Below, one piece after another: positions 53,420 to 64,000 of a stretch of 64,000 nt of DNA. A program made the position numbers and the translations under genes. The notes beneath the pieces were generated by a model. The model was not told the origin of the DNA. It searched no databases and saw only the letters and a program-made list of their open reading frames with translations. Where the stretch lies: positions 338,582,001 through 338,646,000 of the forward strand of contig OZ024742.1 of assembly GCA_964016885.1 (NCBI GenBank). Direction: 5' to 3'. Within the stretch, counting starts at the first letter, position 1. Each line of letters opens with the position of its first letter. The DNA comes from Eledone cirrhosa (taxonomy: Eukaryota).

Positions 53420-53790
53420 GGCGGGAGACAGGGTCCTCAAACATATTAACATCTGAAGCAGAAACTGCTGCACTGAACAATCTCCACTCATCTCAACGTC
53501 CCCAGTTTGCTCAGGGGAGTTTTCTGAATTTGGATGCTCTAGTATCGGCATACCTGGTCCTCACTTTCTTATCCACCAATGCTTCCCACTTTATCTTGTA
53601 TGTGTCCCTGGTCCTGCCAGCTTTGTGGGCATCTTTGGCTTTAGGTAGTGACAAGTACAGATAACTTGATGGTGATCAGTTGACAAATATCAATATAGAA
53701 GACTAGATACCTCTTTGTCTGCGCTGAATGAGATTTGCAAGTCAACTTTATACGGACAAAACATCTCATTACAAACTTAAATTGATTACT
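53420..53790 (-). mobile_element. RTE fragment (endonuclease end / linker)
   Basis: LSTDHH..IKWEALVDKKVRTRYAD..EW across frameshifts. Confidence 0.5.
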
Positions 53791-54175
53791 TAGATAAAGC
53801 GATCAATATCGCTTTAAGGTTCTTGAAGACACAGAAACACACACACATACACACGCACATACATACATACACACATACATACACACGCACATACATACAT
53901 ACACACATACATACACACGCACATACATACATACACACATACATACACACGCACATACATACATACACACATACATACGCACATACGCAAATGGATGTAA
54001 TGTAATCTATGTACGTATGTACGTATGCACTTATGTATGTATGTATGTATGTATGTATGTATGTATGTATGTATGTATGTATGTATGTTTTTATGTACGT
54101 ATGTATGTATGTATGTATGTATGTATGTATGTATGTATGTATGTATGTACGTATGTATGTACGTATGTATGTATG

Positions 54176-55821
54176 TTATCTCTTTCTCTTAATTTCGAGT
54201 ATATTTTTTCGACAGGCCACCTTCCTGGTGGCAAGGTTGTAAAAGAAAAGAAATTGTCATCCCTTGAATCGCAAGAATGTTTTGCAAATTTTGAAGGTGC
54301 CAGCTATCGCAGCCATTTGTAGACTATGAATTAGGGAGCTGCGCTTTTTGTCCATAAATCCAAGTTCAGTTATACTTTGGTCCAAGCGGGTTGGTATATA
54401 ATCTGTAGCTCCAATAATGATGGGTATGAAGCTGAAGATGTATCTTGGATACTGGATCTGCAAACTCCTCATCAATGGTCCGTAGATGTCCTCCTTCTCC
54501 TGTATTTTTCTGACAACGTTTACATCAAGTGGGCAGCTGATCTCCACAACAGAACACGTTTTCAATGTGTGGGCCCAAACAACAATATCAGGCCGGTTGT
54601 GCTTTAATTTGGTGGCAGTTTTTATTTTCAGGTTCCACCAGTATTCCTTAATGCCATCTGTCTCAATATATTCTTCCTCGTTTGTTGTTAATTTTGTTTT
54701 CCGAAGTGCGTTCCAGATGGTTCTAGCTATCCCATCGTGTCTCATGGGGAGGTAGTAGCGAGATGACATTCTTTCGCAGCTGGCAACAATGTGGCTTACA
54801 TCCTCGATCTTTGTTTTACATAGCCTACATTTATTGTCAGCTGCTGGCCATCCTCTTTTGTGCAGCAGATATTTGGTAGGGAGTTCTTGTTCCTGTATTG
54901 CATAGAGATATCCCCGAAGGTGTGATGTCATAAACTTGTCGGAACCCCATGCCAGGCTTTTTGAGTGGTTTATCCCCTCTATGGTCTGTGTTTTACGTCT
55001 CAAGTATCCATGCACAACTTTTTCTGTGTTTTGGTCAATTTTTTTATCTTGTTTGAACATTGAATAGAATCTTCCGATTTCTCTGGGTGAGAGATTTATA
55101 TCAGGCTTTATTCCATATCTCTCCTCCAGATCAGTCGCTATTCTAATGATATTTTTTTTTTCATGCTCATAAACCTGGGAAAGATGGTTGCCAACCTTTT
55201 TCCTCTGTTGAAGGTGTTGCTTCAGTGTTATTATCCGGGTCTCATATGTTGTTAATATTGATTTTAGACCCCGGCCACCTTCCTTGCGTGAGAAGTATAG
55301 CCTATCCACATCACCATTGATGTTAAAGTTCCCAGTAACACTGAGAAGTTTGCGAGTTCTAACATCCATCTCACTTAGTTCTTGCAATGACCAGTTCAGC
55401 AGGCCAAATGTTGGCGTTAGAATTGGCACAGCATAAGTATTGTGGGCAATGTATTTGTTGTACGCTGACAGTTCTGATGACCATATTTTCTTTACTCTTC
55501 TGAGGTATTCAGTTCTGGTTCTCTCCTTATTTATGGGTCCATCATATCTGACATTCTCATCCTGTCCAAGATATCTGTAGTTGTCACCTGACTGCAGAGG
55601 TTGTATTGTCAGGCCGTTCATCTCTAGATTTCTAGAGGAGGGCACAGCTCTTCCACGTTTTACTGGCAAATATGCACACTTGGACTCACCAAATTTCATT
55701 TTGATGTCGGTTGAAAATTGTGTAATGAGGTCCAACTGTTTCTTGATGTCATTGATATTTGGCCCATACAACTTCAGGTCATCAACAAAGAAAAGATGGG
55801 AGATACTTCTGGACCTACTTC
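54176..55821 (-). mobile_element. R4/Dong-like non-LTR retrotransposon (family A), 5'-truncated, intact frame, inside (TATG)n
   Basis: HLFFVDDLKLYG, FGESKC, YRYLG, RLYFSRKEGGRGL, AIQEQ, CRLC..HIVASC (CCHC), RHD, NRPDIVV, EISCP. Confidence 0.92.
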
Positions 55822-56352
55822 TGTATGTATGTAAGTATGTATGTACGTATGTATGTATGTATGTATGTATGTATGTATGTATGTATGTATGTATGTATGT
55901 ATGTATGTATGTATGTATGTATGTACGTACGTATTTATGTACGTATGCATGTATGTATGTACGTATGTATGTACGTATTTATGTACGTATTTATGTACGT
56001 ATCCATGTATGTATGTATTTATGTACGTGTGTGTGTGTATGTATGTATGTATGTATGTATGTATGTATGTATGTATGCATGTATGTATGTATGTATGTAT
56101 GTATGTGTATGTATGTATGTATGTATGTACGCATGTACGCATGTACATACGTACGTATGTATGTATGTATGTATGTATGTATACATGTATGTATGTATGT
56201 ATGTATGTATGTATGTATGTATGTATGTATGTATGTATGTATGTATGTATGTGTGTGTATGTATGTATGGACGCATGTACGTACGTACGTACGTACGTAT
56301 GTATGTATGTATGTATGTATGTATGTATGTATGTATGTATGTATGTATTTAT
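55822..56352. repeat. (TATG)n microsatellite
   Basis: Seen directly. Confidence 0.97.
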
Positions 56353-57226
56353 GTTGCCAGTATAGTCGCCAACGACCCGACCATGAGACAGGTTGTACTG
56401 GGATACATGTTACCAGTAGCATGTATCCCAGAACAACCTGTCTCATGGTCGGGTCGTTGGCGACTAAATTGGCAACCCCACCAAGGTTTCTTGGTGAGGA
56501 GGGTGACTTTGGACATCCTGCAGGACCCAAAACAAAACCTGTCAAAGGGCAAAGGAGCTCTTAAGAGTCAATGGCCATCCAAAATCACGGGACAGATGAC
56601 CCCTTAGCCTTTGTCAAGGCAGAATTCTAGGAGAAGGAAAACTCTGATATAACACCTGCAACCCTGATGGTATCCAATGATGTTGACTTGTTCTTCTTTT
56701 TGGTAAATATCATCTTGGTTAAGAGAGTGGGACTGGCTTTGTGCAGTGCCTTTGCTCACTATAAAAGCTTCACGACACAGGCATTGCTTTATATCTGAAG
56801 ATCACTCTGCACTTGTCATCACATGGAACCATGGGCCCAGCACTATGTGTCAGTAATTGTCACAAGTGTAGTGTTTGTACCAGAGTTTTCAAGTCGCTGG
56901 CTGGACTAAAAAGTCACACTTGTTCAGCGCATCGGTAGGGGTTCTCCTACATGGATATAAAGTAGTGGCCGTACTCGAAACGAGTTGGCAGCCAACATGT
57001 ATGTATGTATGTATGTATGTATGTATGTATGTATGTATGTATGTATGTATGTATGTATGTATGTATGTATGTATGTATGTATGTAGGAGTAAAATCTTCT
57101 AAGAATATATATGTGGTTTTCCTACATGGCATCATTTAAACACCAAATATTCGACAACCTCAGATGTACCAAATTGTGTGTAACACACACACACACACAC
57201 ACACACATACACACACACACACACGC

Positions 57227-57282
<56 letters not shown>

Positions 57283-57503
57283 CAGAGGCGTACATGGGTG
57301 TGTATGTGTATACACACTTGTCGTCACATGGTACCATGGGCCCAGCACTATGTGTCAATAATTGTCACAAGTGTAGTGTTTGTACCAGAGTTTTCAAGTC
57401 GCTGGCTGGACTAAAAAGTCACACTCGTTCAGCGCATCGGTAGGGGTTCTGCTACATGGATATAAAGTAGTGGCCGTACCCGAAAACGAGTTGGCAGCCA
57501 CCA
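56353..57503 (+). mobile_element. RTE-derived bipartite elements (near-full copy 56421-56996 with inverted 5' end; 3' part 57316-57503)
   Basis: Homologous to 45638-46232; encodes CSVCTRVFKSLAGLKSHTRSAHR near the 3' end. Confidence 0.78.
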
Positions 57504-57769
57504 TATATGTATGTATGTACATATGTCTGAATGTATGTATGTATGTATGTATGTTCTCTGGTTTTATAATTTCACAAATTTTTACCAATAGAGAGAGAGT
57601 CGGTTTCTAACATAGACACAAGACTCTCTCATTGGAATTTACACAACATCAACTAGGTAGATTATGTCTGCATGTCTGCATGTGTAGATATGGATGTTAT
57701 TGTATGTGTGGTTGTGTATGTTTTGAGTTGTATGTGTACATGTGTATATGCATTGCATCTGTACATGTG

Positions 57770-58506
57770 TATATGCAATTATTAGATGCAACAGTTTTGG
57801 AATGTTTTACATATTTTCCATTAATGGATTGTACTTGTAATTTCCTAACTAGTTGTGTTCTTTCTGTTCCTGTGAAGCCTAGCTTCTCATGATTTGTATT
57901 GAGGCAGTTACTAACATACCCCAGTGCCCCAATAATCACAGGCATAAATCTGAAGGTGTAATCAGGGTGGAGTATCTGCAGATTTCTCATCAGTTCTGCA
58001 TAAGTATTCTCCTTTTCACTAATCTTTGATATTATATTGGCATCTGCTGGGCAGCTAATTTCCACTACTGTGCATGCTTTCTTCTCTCTGTCCCATATCA
58101 TATCTGGTCTGTTATGCCTGCATTTTAGTGGGGTTTTTACTGGAACATTCCACCAGTACTCTTTCAAATTATGTACATGGATGTCTTCCACATTGCTGTA
58201 GCTTTTAATGTGTTTATTACCGGGGCTATCTTTTATACGAACTGCATTGTACAGTGTTTTGGCCACTTCATCATGCCTCATATGTAGATAGTACCGCGAT
58301 GACATCTTTGGACAGCTGCTGATGACATGGGTGATATCCTCGATGTTAGTTCTGCAGAGTCTGCACTTGTTATCACATCTAGGTGTTTTGCATGCACCCC
58401 TATCTCTTTTGTGAATCAGGTATTTCGTGTTAATCTCCTGTTCTTGGATTGCAAAAGCGTATCCTTCAAAGTGGGAGCCAATATAGCGGTTGTTGGTCCA
58501 AGATAG
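57770..58506 (-). mobile_element. R4-like family B, 3' half
   Basis: SWTNNRYIGSHFEGYAFAIQEQE, CRLC, RHDEVA, NRPD, EISCP. Confidence 0.88.
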
Positions 58507-60595
58507 ATACTGGAGCTAGGTGTGGTACTGTGGGGTCTAATACCAGGGATAGGTGTGGTACTGTGGGGTCTATTACCGGGGATAGGTATGGTACTGTGGG
58601 GTCTATTACCGGGGATAGGTGTGGTACTGTGGGGCCTATTACCGGAGCTAGGTGTGGTACTGTGGGGTCTATTACTGGGGCTAGATGTGGTACTGTGGGG
58701 TCTATTACTGGGGCTAGGTGTGGTACTGTGGGGTCTATTACCGGTGCTAGAAGTAGTACTGTGGGGTCTATTACTGGGGCTAGGTGTGGTACTGTGGGGT
58801 CTATTACTGGAGCTAGGTGTGGTACTGTGGGGTCTATTACTGGAGCTAGGTGTGGTACTGTGGGGTCTATTACTGGAGCTAGGTGTGGTACTGTGGGGTC
58901 TATTACCGGAGCTAGGTGTGCTACTGTGGGGTCTATTACTGGGGCTAGGTGTGGTACTGTGGGGTCTATTACTGGGGCTAGGTGTGGTACTGTGGGGTCT
59001 ATTACTGGAGCTAGGTGTGGTACTGTGGGGTCTATTACTGGAGCTAGGTGTGGTACTGTGGGGTCTATTACTGGAGCTAGGTGTGGTACTGTGGGGTCTA
59101 TTACTGGAGCTAGGTGTGGTACTGTGGGGTCTAATACTGGAGCTAGGTGTGGTACTGTGGGGTCTATTACCGGAGCTAGGTGTGGTACTGTGGGGTCTAT
59201 TACTGGGGCTAGGTGTGGTACTGTGGGGTCTATTACTGGGGCTAGGTGTGGTACTGTGGGGTCTATTACTGGAGCTAGGTGTGGTACTGTGGGGTCTATT
59301 ACTGGGGCTAGGTGTGGTACTGTGGGGTCTATTACTGGGGCTAGGTGTGGTACTGTGGGGTCTATTACTGGGGCTAGGTGTGGTACTGTGGGGTCTATTA
59401 CTGGGGCTAGGTGTGGTACTGTGGGGTCTATTACTGGGGCTAGGTGTGGTACTGTGGGGTCTATTACTGGGGCTAGGTGTGGTACTGTGGGGTCTATTAC
59501 TGGAGCTAGGTGTGGTACTGTGGGGTCTATTACTGGGGCTAGGTGTGGTACTGTGGGGTCTATTACTGGGGCTAGGTGTAGTACTGTGGGGTCTATTACT
59601 GGGGCTAGGTTTGGTACTGTGGGGTCTATTACTGGAGCTAGGTGTGGTACTGTGGGGTCTATTACTGGAGCTAGGTGTGCTACTGTGGGGTCTATTACTG
59701 GGGCTAGGTGTGGTACTGTGGGGTCTATTACTGGGGCTAGGTGTGGTACTGTGGGGTCTATTACTGGGGCTAGGTGTGGTACTGTGGGGTCTATTACTGG
59801 GGCTAGGTGTGGTACTGTGGGGTCTATTACTGGGGCTAGGTGTGGTACTGTGGGGTCTATTACTGGGGCTAGGTGTGGTACTGTGGGGTCTATTACTGGG
59901 GCTAGGTGTGGTACTGTGGGGTCTATTACTGGGGCTAGGTGTGGTACTGTGGGGTCTATTACTGGGGCTAGGTGTGGTACTGTGGGGTCTATTACTGGGG
60001 CTAGGTGTGGTACTGTGGGGTCTATTACTGGGGCTAGGTGTGGTACTGTGGGGTCTATTACTGGGGCTAGGTGTGGTACTGTGGGGTCTATTACTGGGGC
60101 TAGGTGTGGTACTGTGGGGTCTATTACTGGGGCTAGGTGTGGTACTGTGGGGTCTATTACTGGGGCTAGGTGTGGTACTGTGGGGTCTATTACCGGAGCT
60201 AGGTGTGGTACTGTGGGGTCTATTACTGGAGCTAGGTGTGCTACTGTGGGGTCTATTACTGGGGCTAGGTGTGGTACTGTGGGGTCTATTACTGGGGCTA
60301 GGTGTGGTACTGTGGGGTCTATTACCGGAGCTAGGTGTGGTACTGTGGGGTCTATTACTGGGGCTAGGTGTGGTACTGTGGGGTCTATTACTGGGGCTAG
60401 GTGTGGTACTGTGGGGTCTATTACTGGGGCTAGGTGTGGTACTGTGGGGTCTATTACTGGAGCTAGGTGTGCTACTGTGGGGTCTATTACTGGAGCTAGG
60501 TGTGGTACTGTGGGGGGGGGGGGGGGGTCTATTACTGGAGCTAGGTGTGGTACTGTGGGGTCTATTACCGGGGCTAGGTGTGGTACTGTGGGTCT
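58507..60595 (+). repeat. 33-bp tandem satellite (~63 copies)
   Basis: Unit gtggtactgtggggtctattactggrgctaggt. Confidence 0.97.
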
Positions 60596-60740
60596 AGGTC
60601 CCCGTTGGATTATAACGCTTCCCAACATTTATTCTGTCTCCACCACACCCTGGCTCTACTCCCCTCCACATACGAGGTTCGAAGATTTGCCTTTGTACTA
60701 TTGTGGTGCCTTGCGGTATCTCTTCCGGTCACACCTTGAA

Positions 60741-60882
60741 GGCGCATGGCTTAGTGGTTAGAGCATTGGGCTTGCAATCGAAAGGTTGTGAGTTCAATTC
60801 TCGGACCGGGTGATGTGTTGTTTCCTTGAGCAAGACACTTTATTTCACGTTGCTCCAGTTTACTCAGCTGTAGAAATGAGAT
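60741..60882 (+). mobile_element. tRNA-derived SINE (second family), 3'-truncated
   Basis: A-box tggcttagtgg and B-box gagttcaattc, followed by ccttgagcaagacactttatttcac. Confidence 0.8.
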
Positions 60883-61155
60883 GATAGGACTGGGGTCCCT
60901 ATCATTAAATCACCCAAGACACCTCCAACGAGATATACCTTAAAGGGGGCCATCTAAACCTGCATAGGGGTGGGCTGTCACACACACCTTGACATGGAAC
61001 GTCATATGCCACCGCCTTCCCTTCTCTGTACCACTACCGCTGTGTGTTCTCTTTTATCTACCTACTTAAAAGGTTGACTGTGCTCAAATATGTGCGTGTG
61101 AATATACACATACACACCCATGTACGCTTCTGTTGTGTGTGTGTGTGTGTATGTG

Positions 61156-61253
<98 letters not shown>

Positions 61254-61397
61254 TGTGTTACACACAATTTGGTACATCTGAGGTTGTCGAATATTTGGTG
61301 TTTAAATGATGCCATGTAGGAAAACCACATATATATTCTTAGAAGATTTTACTCCTACACACATACATACATACATACATACATACATACATACATA

Positions 61398-62327
61398 CAT
61401 GGTGGCTGCCAACTCGTTTTCAGAGTTTTCCTTCTAGAATTCTGCCTTGACAAAGGCTAAGGGGTCATCTGTCCCGTGATTTTGGATGGCCATTGACTCT
61501 TAAGAGCTCCTTTGCCCTTTGACAGGTTTTGTTTTTGATCCTGCCGGATGTCCAAAGTCACCCTCCTCACCAAGAAACATTGGTGGGGTTGCCATTTTAG
61601 TCGCCAACGACCCGACCATAGGACAAGTTGTACTGGGATACATGTTACCAGTAGCACCATACATACATACATACATACATACATACATACATACATACAT
61701 ACATACATACATACATACATGGTGGCTGCCAACTCGTTTTCGAGTACGGCCACTACTTTATATCCATGTAGGAGAACCCCTACCGATGCCCTGAACAAGT
61801 GTGACTTTTTAGTCCAGCCAGTGACTTGAAAACTCTGGTACAAACACTACACCTGTGACAATTATTGACACATAGTGCTGGGCCCATGGTACCATGTGAC
61901 GACAAGTGCAGAGAGATCTCCAGATATAAAGCAATGCCTGTGCCGTGAAGCTTTTATAGTGAGCAAAGGCACTGCACAAAGCCAGTCCCACTCTCTTAAC
62001 CAAGATGATATTTACCAAAAAGAAGAACAAGTCAACATCATTGGATACCATCAGGGTTGCAGGTGTTATATCAGAGTTTTCCTTCTCCTAGAATTCTGCC
62101 TTGACAAAGGCTAAGGGGTCATCTCTCCCGGTGATTTTGGATGGCCATTGACTCTTAAGAGCTCCTTTGCCCTTTGACAGGTTTTGTTTTTAGTCCTGCA
62201 GGATGTCCAAAGTCACCCTCCTCACCAAGAAACCTTGGTGGGGTTGCCAGTTTAGTCGCCAACGACCCGACCATGAGACAGGTTGTACTGGGATACATGT
62301 TACCAGTAGCACCAACTGGTGACCTGA
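61398..62327 (-). mobile_element. RTE-derived bipartite elements (full copy 61718-62327; deleted copy 61398-61657)
   Basis: Reverse-complement homologs with (CATA)n flanks. Confidence 0.8.
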
Positions 62328-62347
62328 CACATACATACATACATACA

Positions 62348-62379
<32 letters not shown>

Positions 62380-62639
62380 CAGTCAACGCGATCAGTCGCA
62401 TATTTTGGCGTGGGAGACTATTTATTAAATTTAAGATGAATACTATCTCCGACAGTGATGCCACAACTACAGTCAGGTTGAATAACTGGTTATTCTTCTA
62501 ACTATATCTTCTGAAGACACCTTTTATTCGAATTCGTAGAGATATCCGACTAAATACATAATTCATTTTACAAGGATTTGCTACATACAGCATGGCTGAA
62601 CACAACATCAACAACAAAATTATGGAAGTACCGAAGACG

Positions 62640-63015
62640 CACCGGAAACTTCCACATCAACAGTGACATAGACCGTCTTTACTTGAAACGTAAGCAGGGA
62701 GGCAGAGGCCTAACATCAGTCCAGACAACATTTGAATGTCGCATCATATCTCTCCGACAACATATACGAACCTCGAAGCGTAGGAGCCCGTTTCTCGAGC
62801 AAGTCTATCGGCATGAAACAGATAAGATCATGAGAGTTGGGAAGGAACTCCTCGAGAGATATTCCCTGTGTGATAATCAAAAACTCACACCCAGGGAAGT
62901 CGCTCAGCAGCATCGCAGTGAATCCATGAATGAAAAACTGCATACTTATCAGCAAAAAATCAAGCATGGATATGTTGCCAGGAAGCTCCAGAGTGAGAGT
63001 AATGTAGGTAAGTAA
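62640..63015 (+). mobile_element. R4-like family B, middle fragment
   Basis: TGNFHINSDIDRLYLKRKQGGRGL...HGYVARKLQSESNV. Confidence 0.85.
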
Positions 63016-64000
63016 TAGACCCCACAGTACCACACCTAGCCCCAGTAATAGACCCCACAGTAGCACACCTAGATCCAGTAATAGACCCCACAGTAGCACA
63101 CCTAGCTCCAGTAATAGACCCCACAGTACCACACCTAGCTCCAGTAATAGACCCTACAGTACCACACCTAGCTCCAATAATAGACCCCACAGTAGCACAC
63201 CTAGCTCCAGTAATAGACCCCACAGTAGCACACCTAGCTCCAGTAATAGACCCCACAGTACCACACCTAGCTCCAGTAATAGACCCCACAGTAGCACACC
63301 TAGCCCCAGTAATAGACCCCACAGTAGCACACCTAGCTCCGGTAATAGACCCCACAGTACCACACCTAGCTCCAGTAATAGACCCCACAGTAGCACACCT
63401 AGCTCCAGTAATAGACCCTACAGTACCACACCTAGCTCCAATAATAGACCCCACAGTACCACACCTAGCTCCAATAATAGACCCTACAGTACCACACCTA
63501 GCTCCAGTAATAGACCCCACAGTACCACACCTAGCTCCAATAATAGACCCCACAGTACCACACCTAGCTCCAGTAATAGACCCTACAGTACCACACCTAG
63601 CTCCAATAATAGACCCCACAGTACCACACCTAGCTCCAATAATAGACCCCACAGTACCACACCTAGCTCCAGTAATAGACCCCACAGTAGCACACCTAGC
63701 TCCGGTAATAGACCCCACAGTACCACACCTAGCTCCAATAATAGACCCTACAGTACCACACCTAGCTCCAGTAATAGACCCCACAGTAGCACACCTAGCT
63801 CCAATAATAGACCCCACAGTACCACACCTAGCTCCAGTAATAGACCCTACAGTACCACACCTAGCTCCAGTAATAGACCCCACAGTAGCACACCTAGCTC
63901 CAATAATAGACCCCACAGTACCACACCTAGCTCCAATAATAGACCCCACAGTACCACACCTAGCTCCAATAATAGACCCTACAGTACCACACCTAGCTCC
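63012..64000 (-). repeat. 33-bp satellite, opposite orientation, runs off the window
   Basis: Unit cacacctagctccagtaatagaccccacagtac. Confidence 0.97.

Noticed and set aside
55581-56607. MYVC/HTYI-repeat ORFs
   Set aside because: Translations of (TATG)n.
58507-60595. CRISPR-like array
   Set aside because: Units are contiguous with no unique spacers, no cas genes are present, and the context is eukaryotic.
58449-60761. 690-770-aa ORFs (and 62960-63949)
   Set aside because: These are translations of a stop-poor 33-bp satellite, open in several frames on both strands.
60741-60812. tRNA gene
   Set aside because: The acceptor stem is incomplete and the sequence continues into a SINE body.
62235-62327. 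HDV-like or twister ribozyme at the 5' end of the RTE-derived element
   Set aside because: Hairpins and a CTAA-ACTGG motif exist, but no P1/P3/L3 arrangement could be built and the diverged copy at 46670 lacks the candidate catalytic C.

Overview
This is AT-rich, repeat-saturated eukaryotic DNA, most likely from an octopod cephalopod (inferred from the SINE and RTE families, not verified). I find one convincing host gene: an intronless AIG1/ADTRP (FAR-17a) family membrane hydrolase at 24764-25558 (-). The rest is nested mobile DNA: five Penelope-like elements (RT + GIY-YIG), many RTE-clade LINE pieces (one family with a PHD-like finger inside the RT), R4/Dong-like and CRE-like restriction-like-endonuclease elements, two CR1-like copies, and a Helitron with both termini. 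There are also two copies of a non-autonomous LTR element with 4-bp TSDs, tRNA-SINEs, microsatellites and a 33-bp satellite. The main second-look items are: (i) several type I hammerhead ribozyme motifs, including a ~310-nt retrozyme-like unit present as two circularly permuted inverted copies just upstream of AIG1; (ii) a (TATG)n microsatellite niche shared by an R4-like element and a bipartite RTE-derived non-autonomous element; (iii) an R4-like element split almost exactly by a satellite whose two arrays now lie in opposite orientation. All folds and family calls were made by eye.
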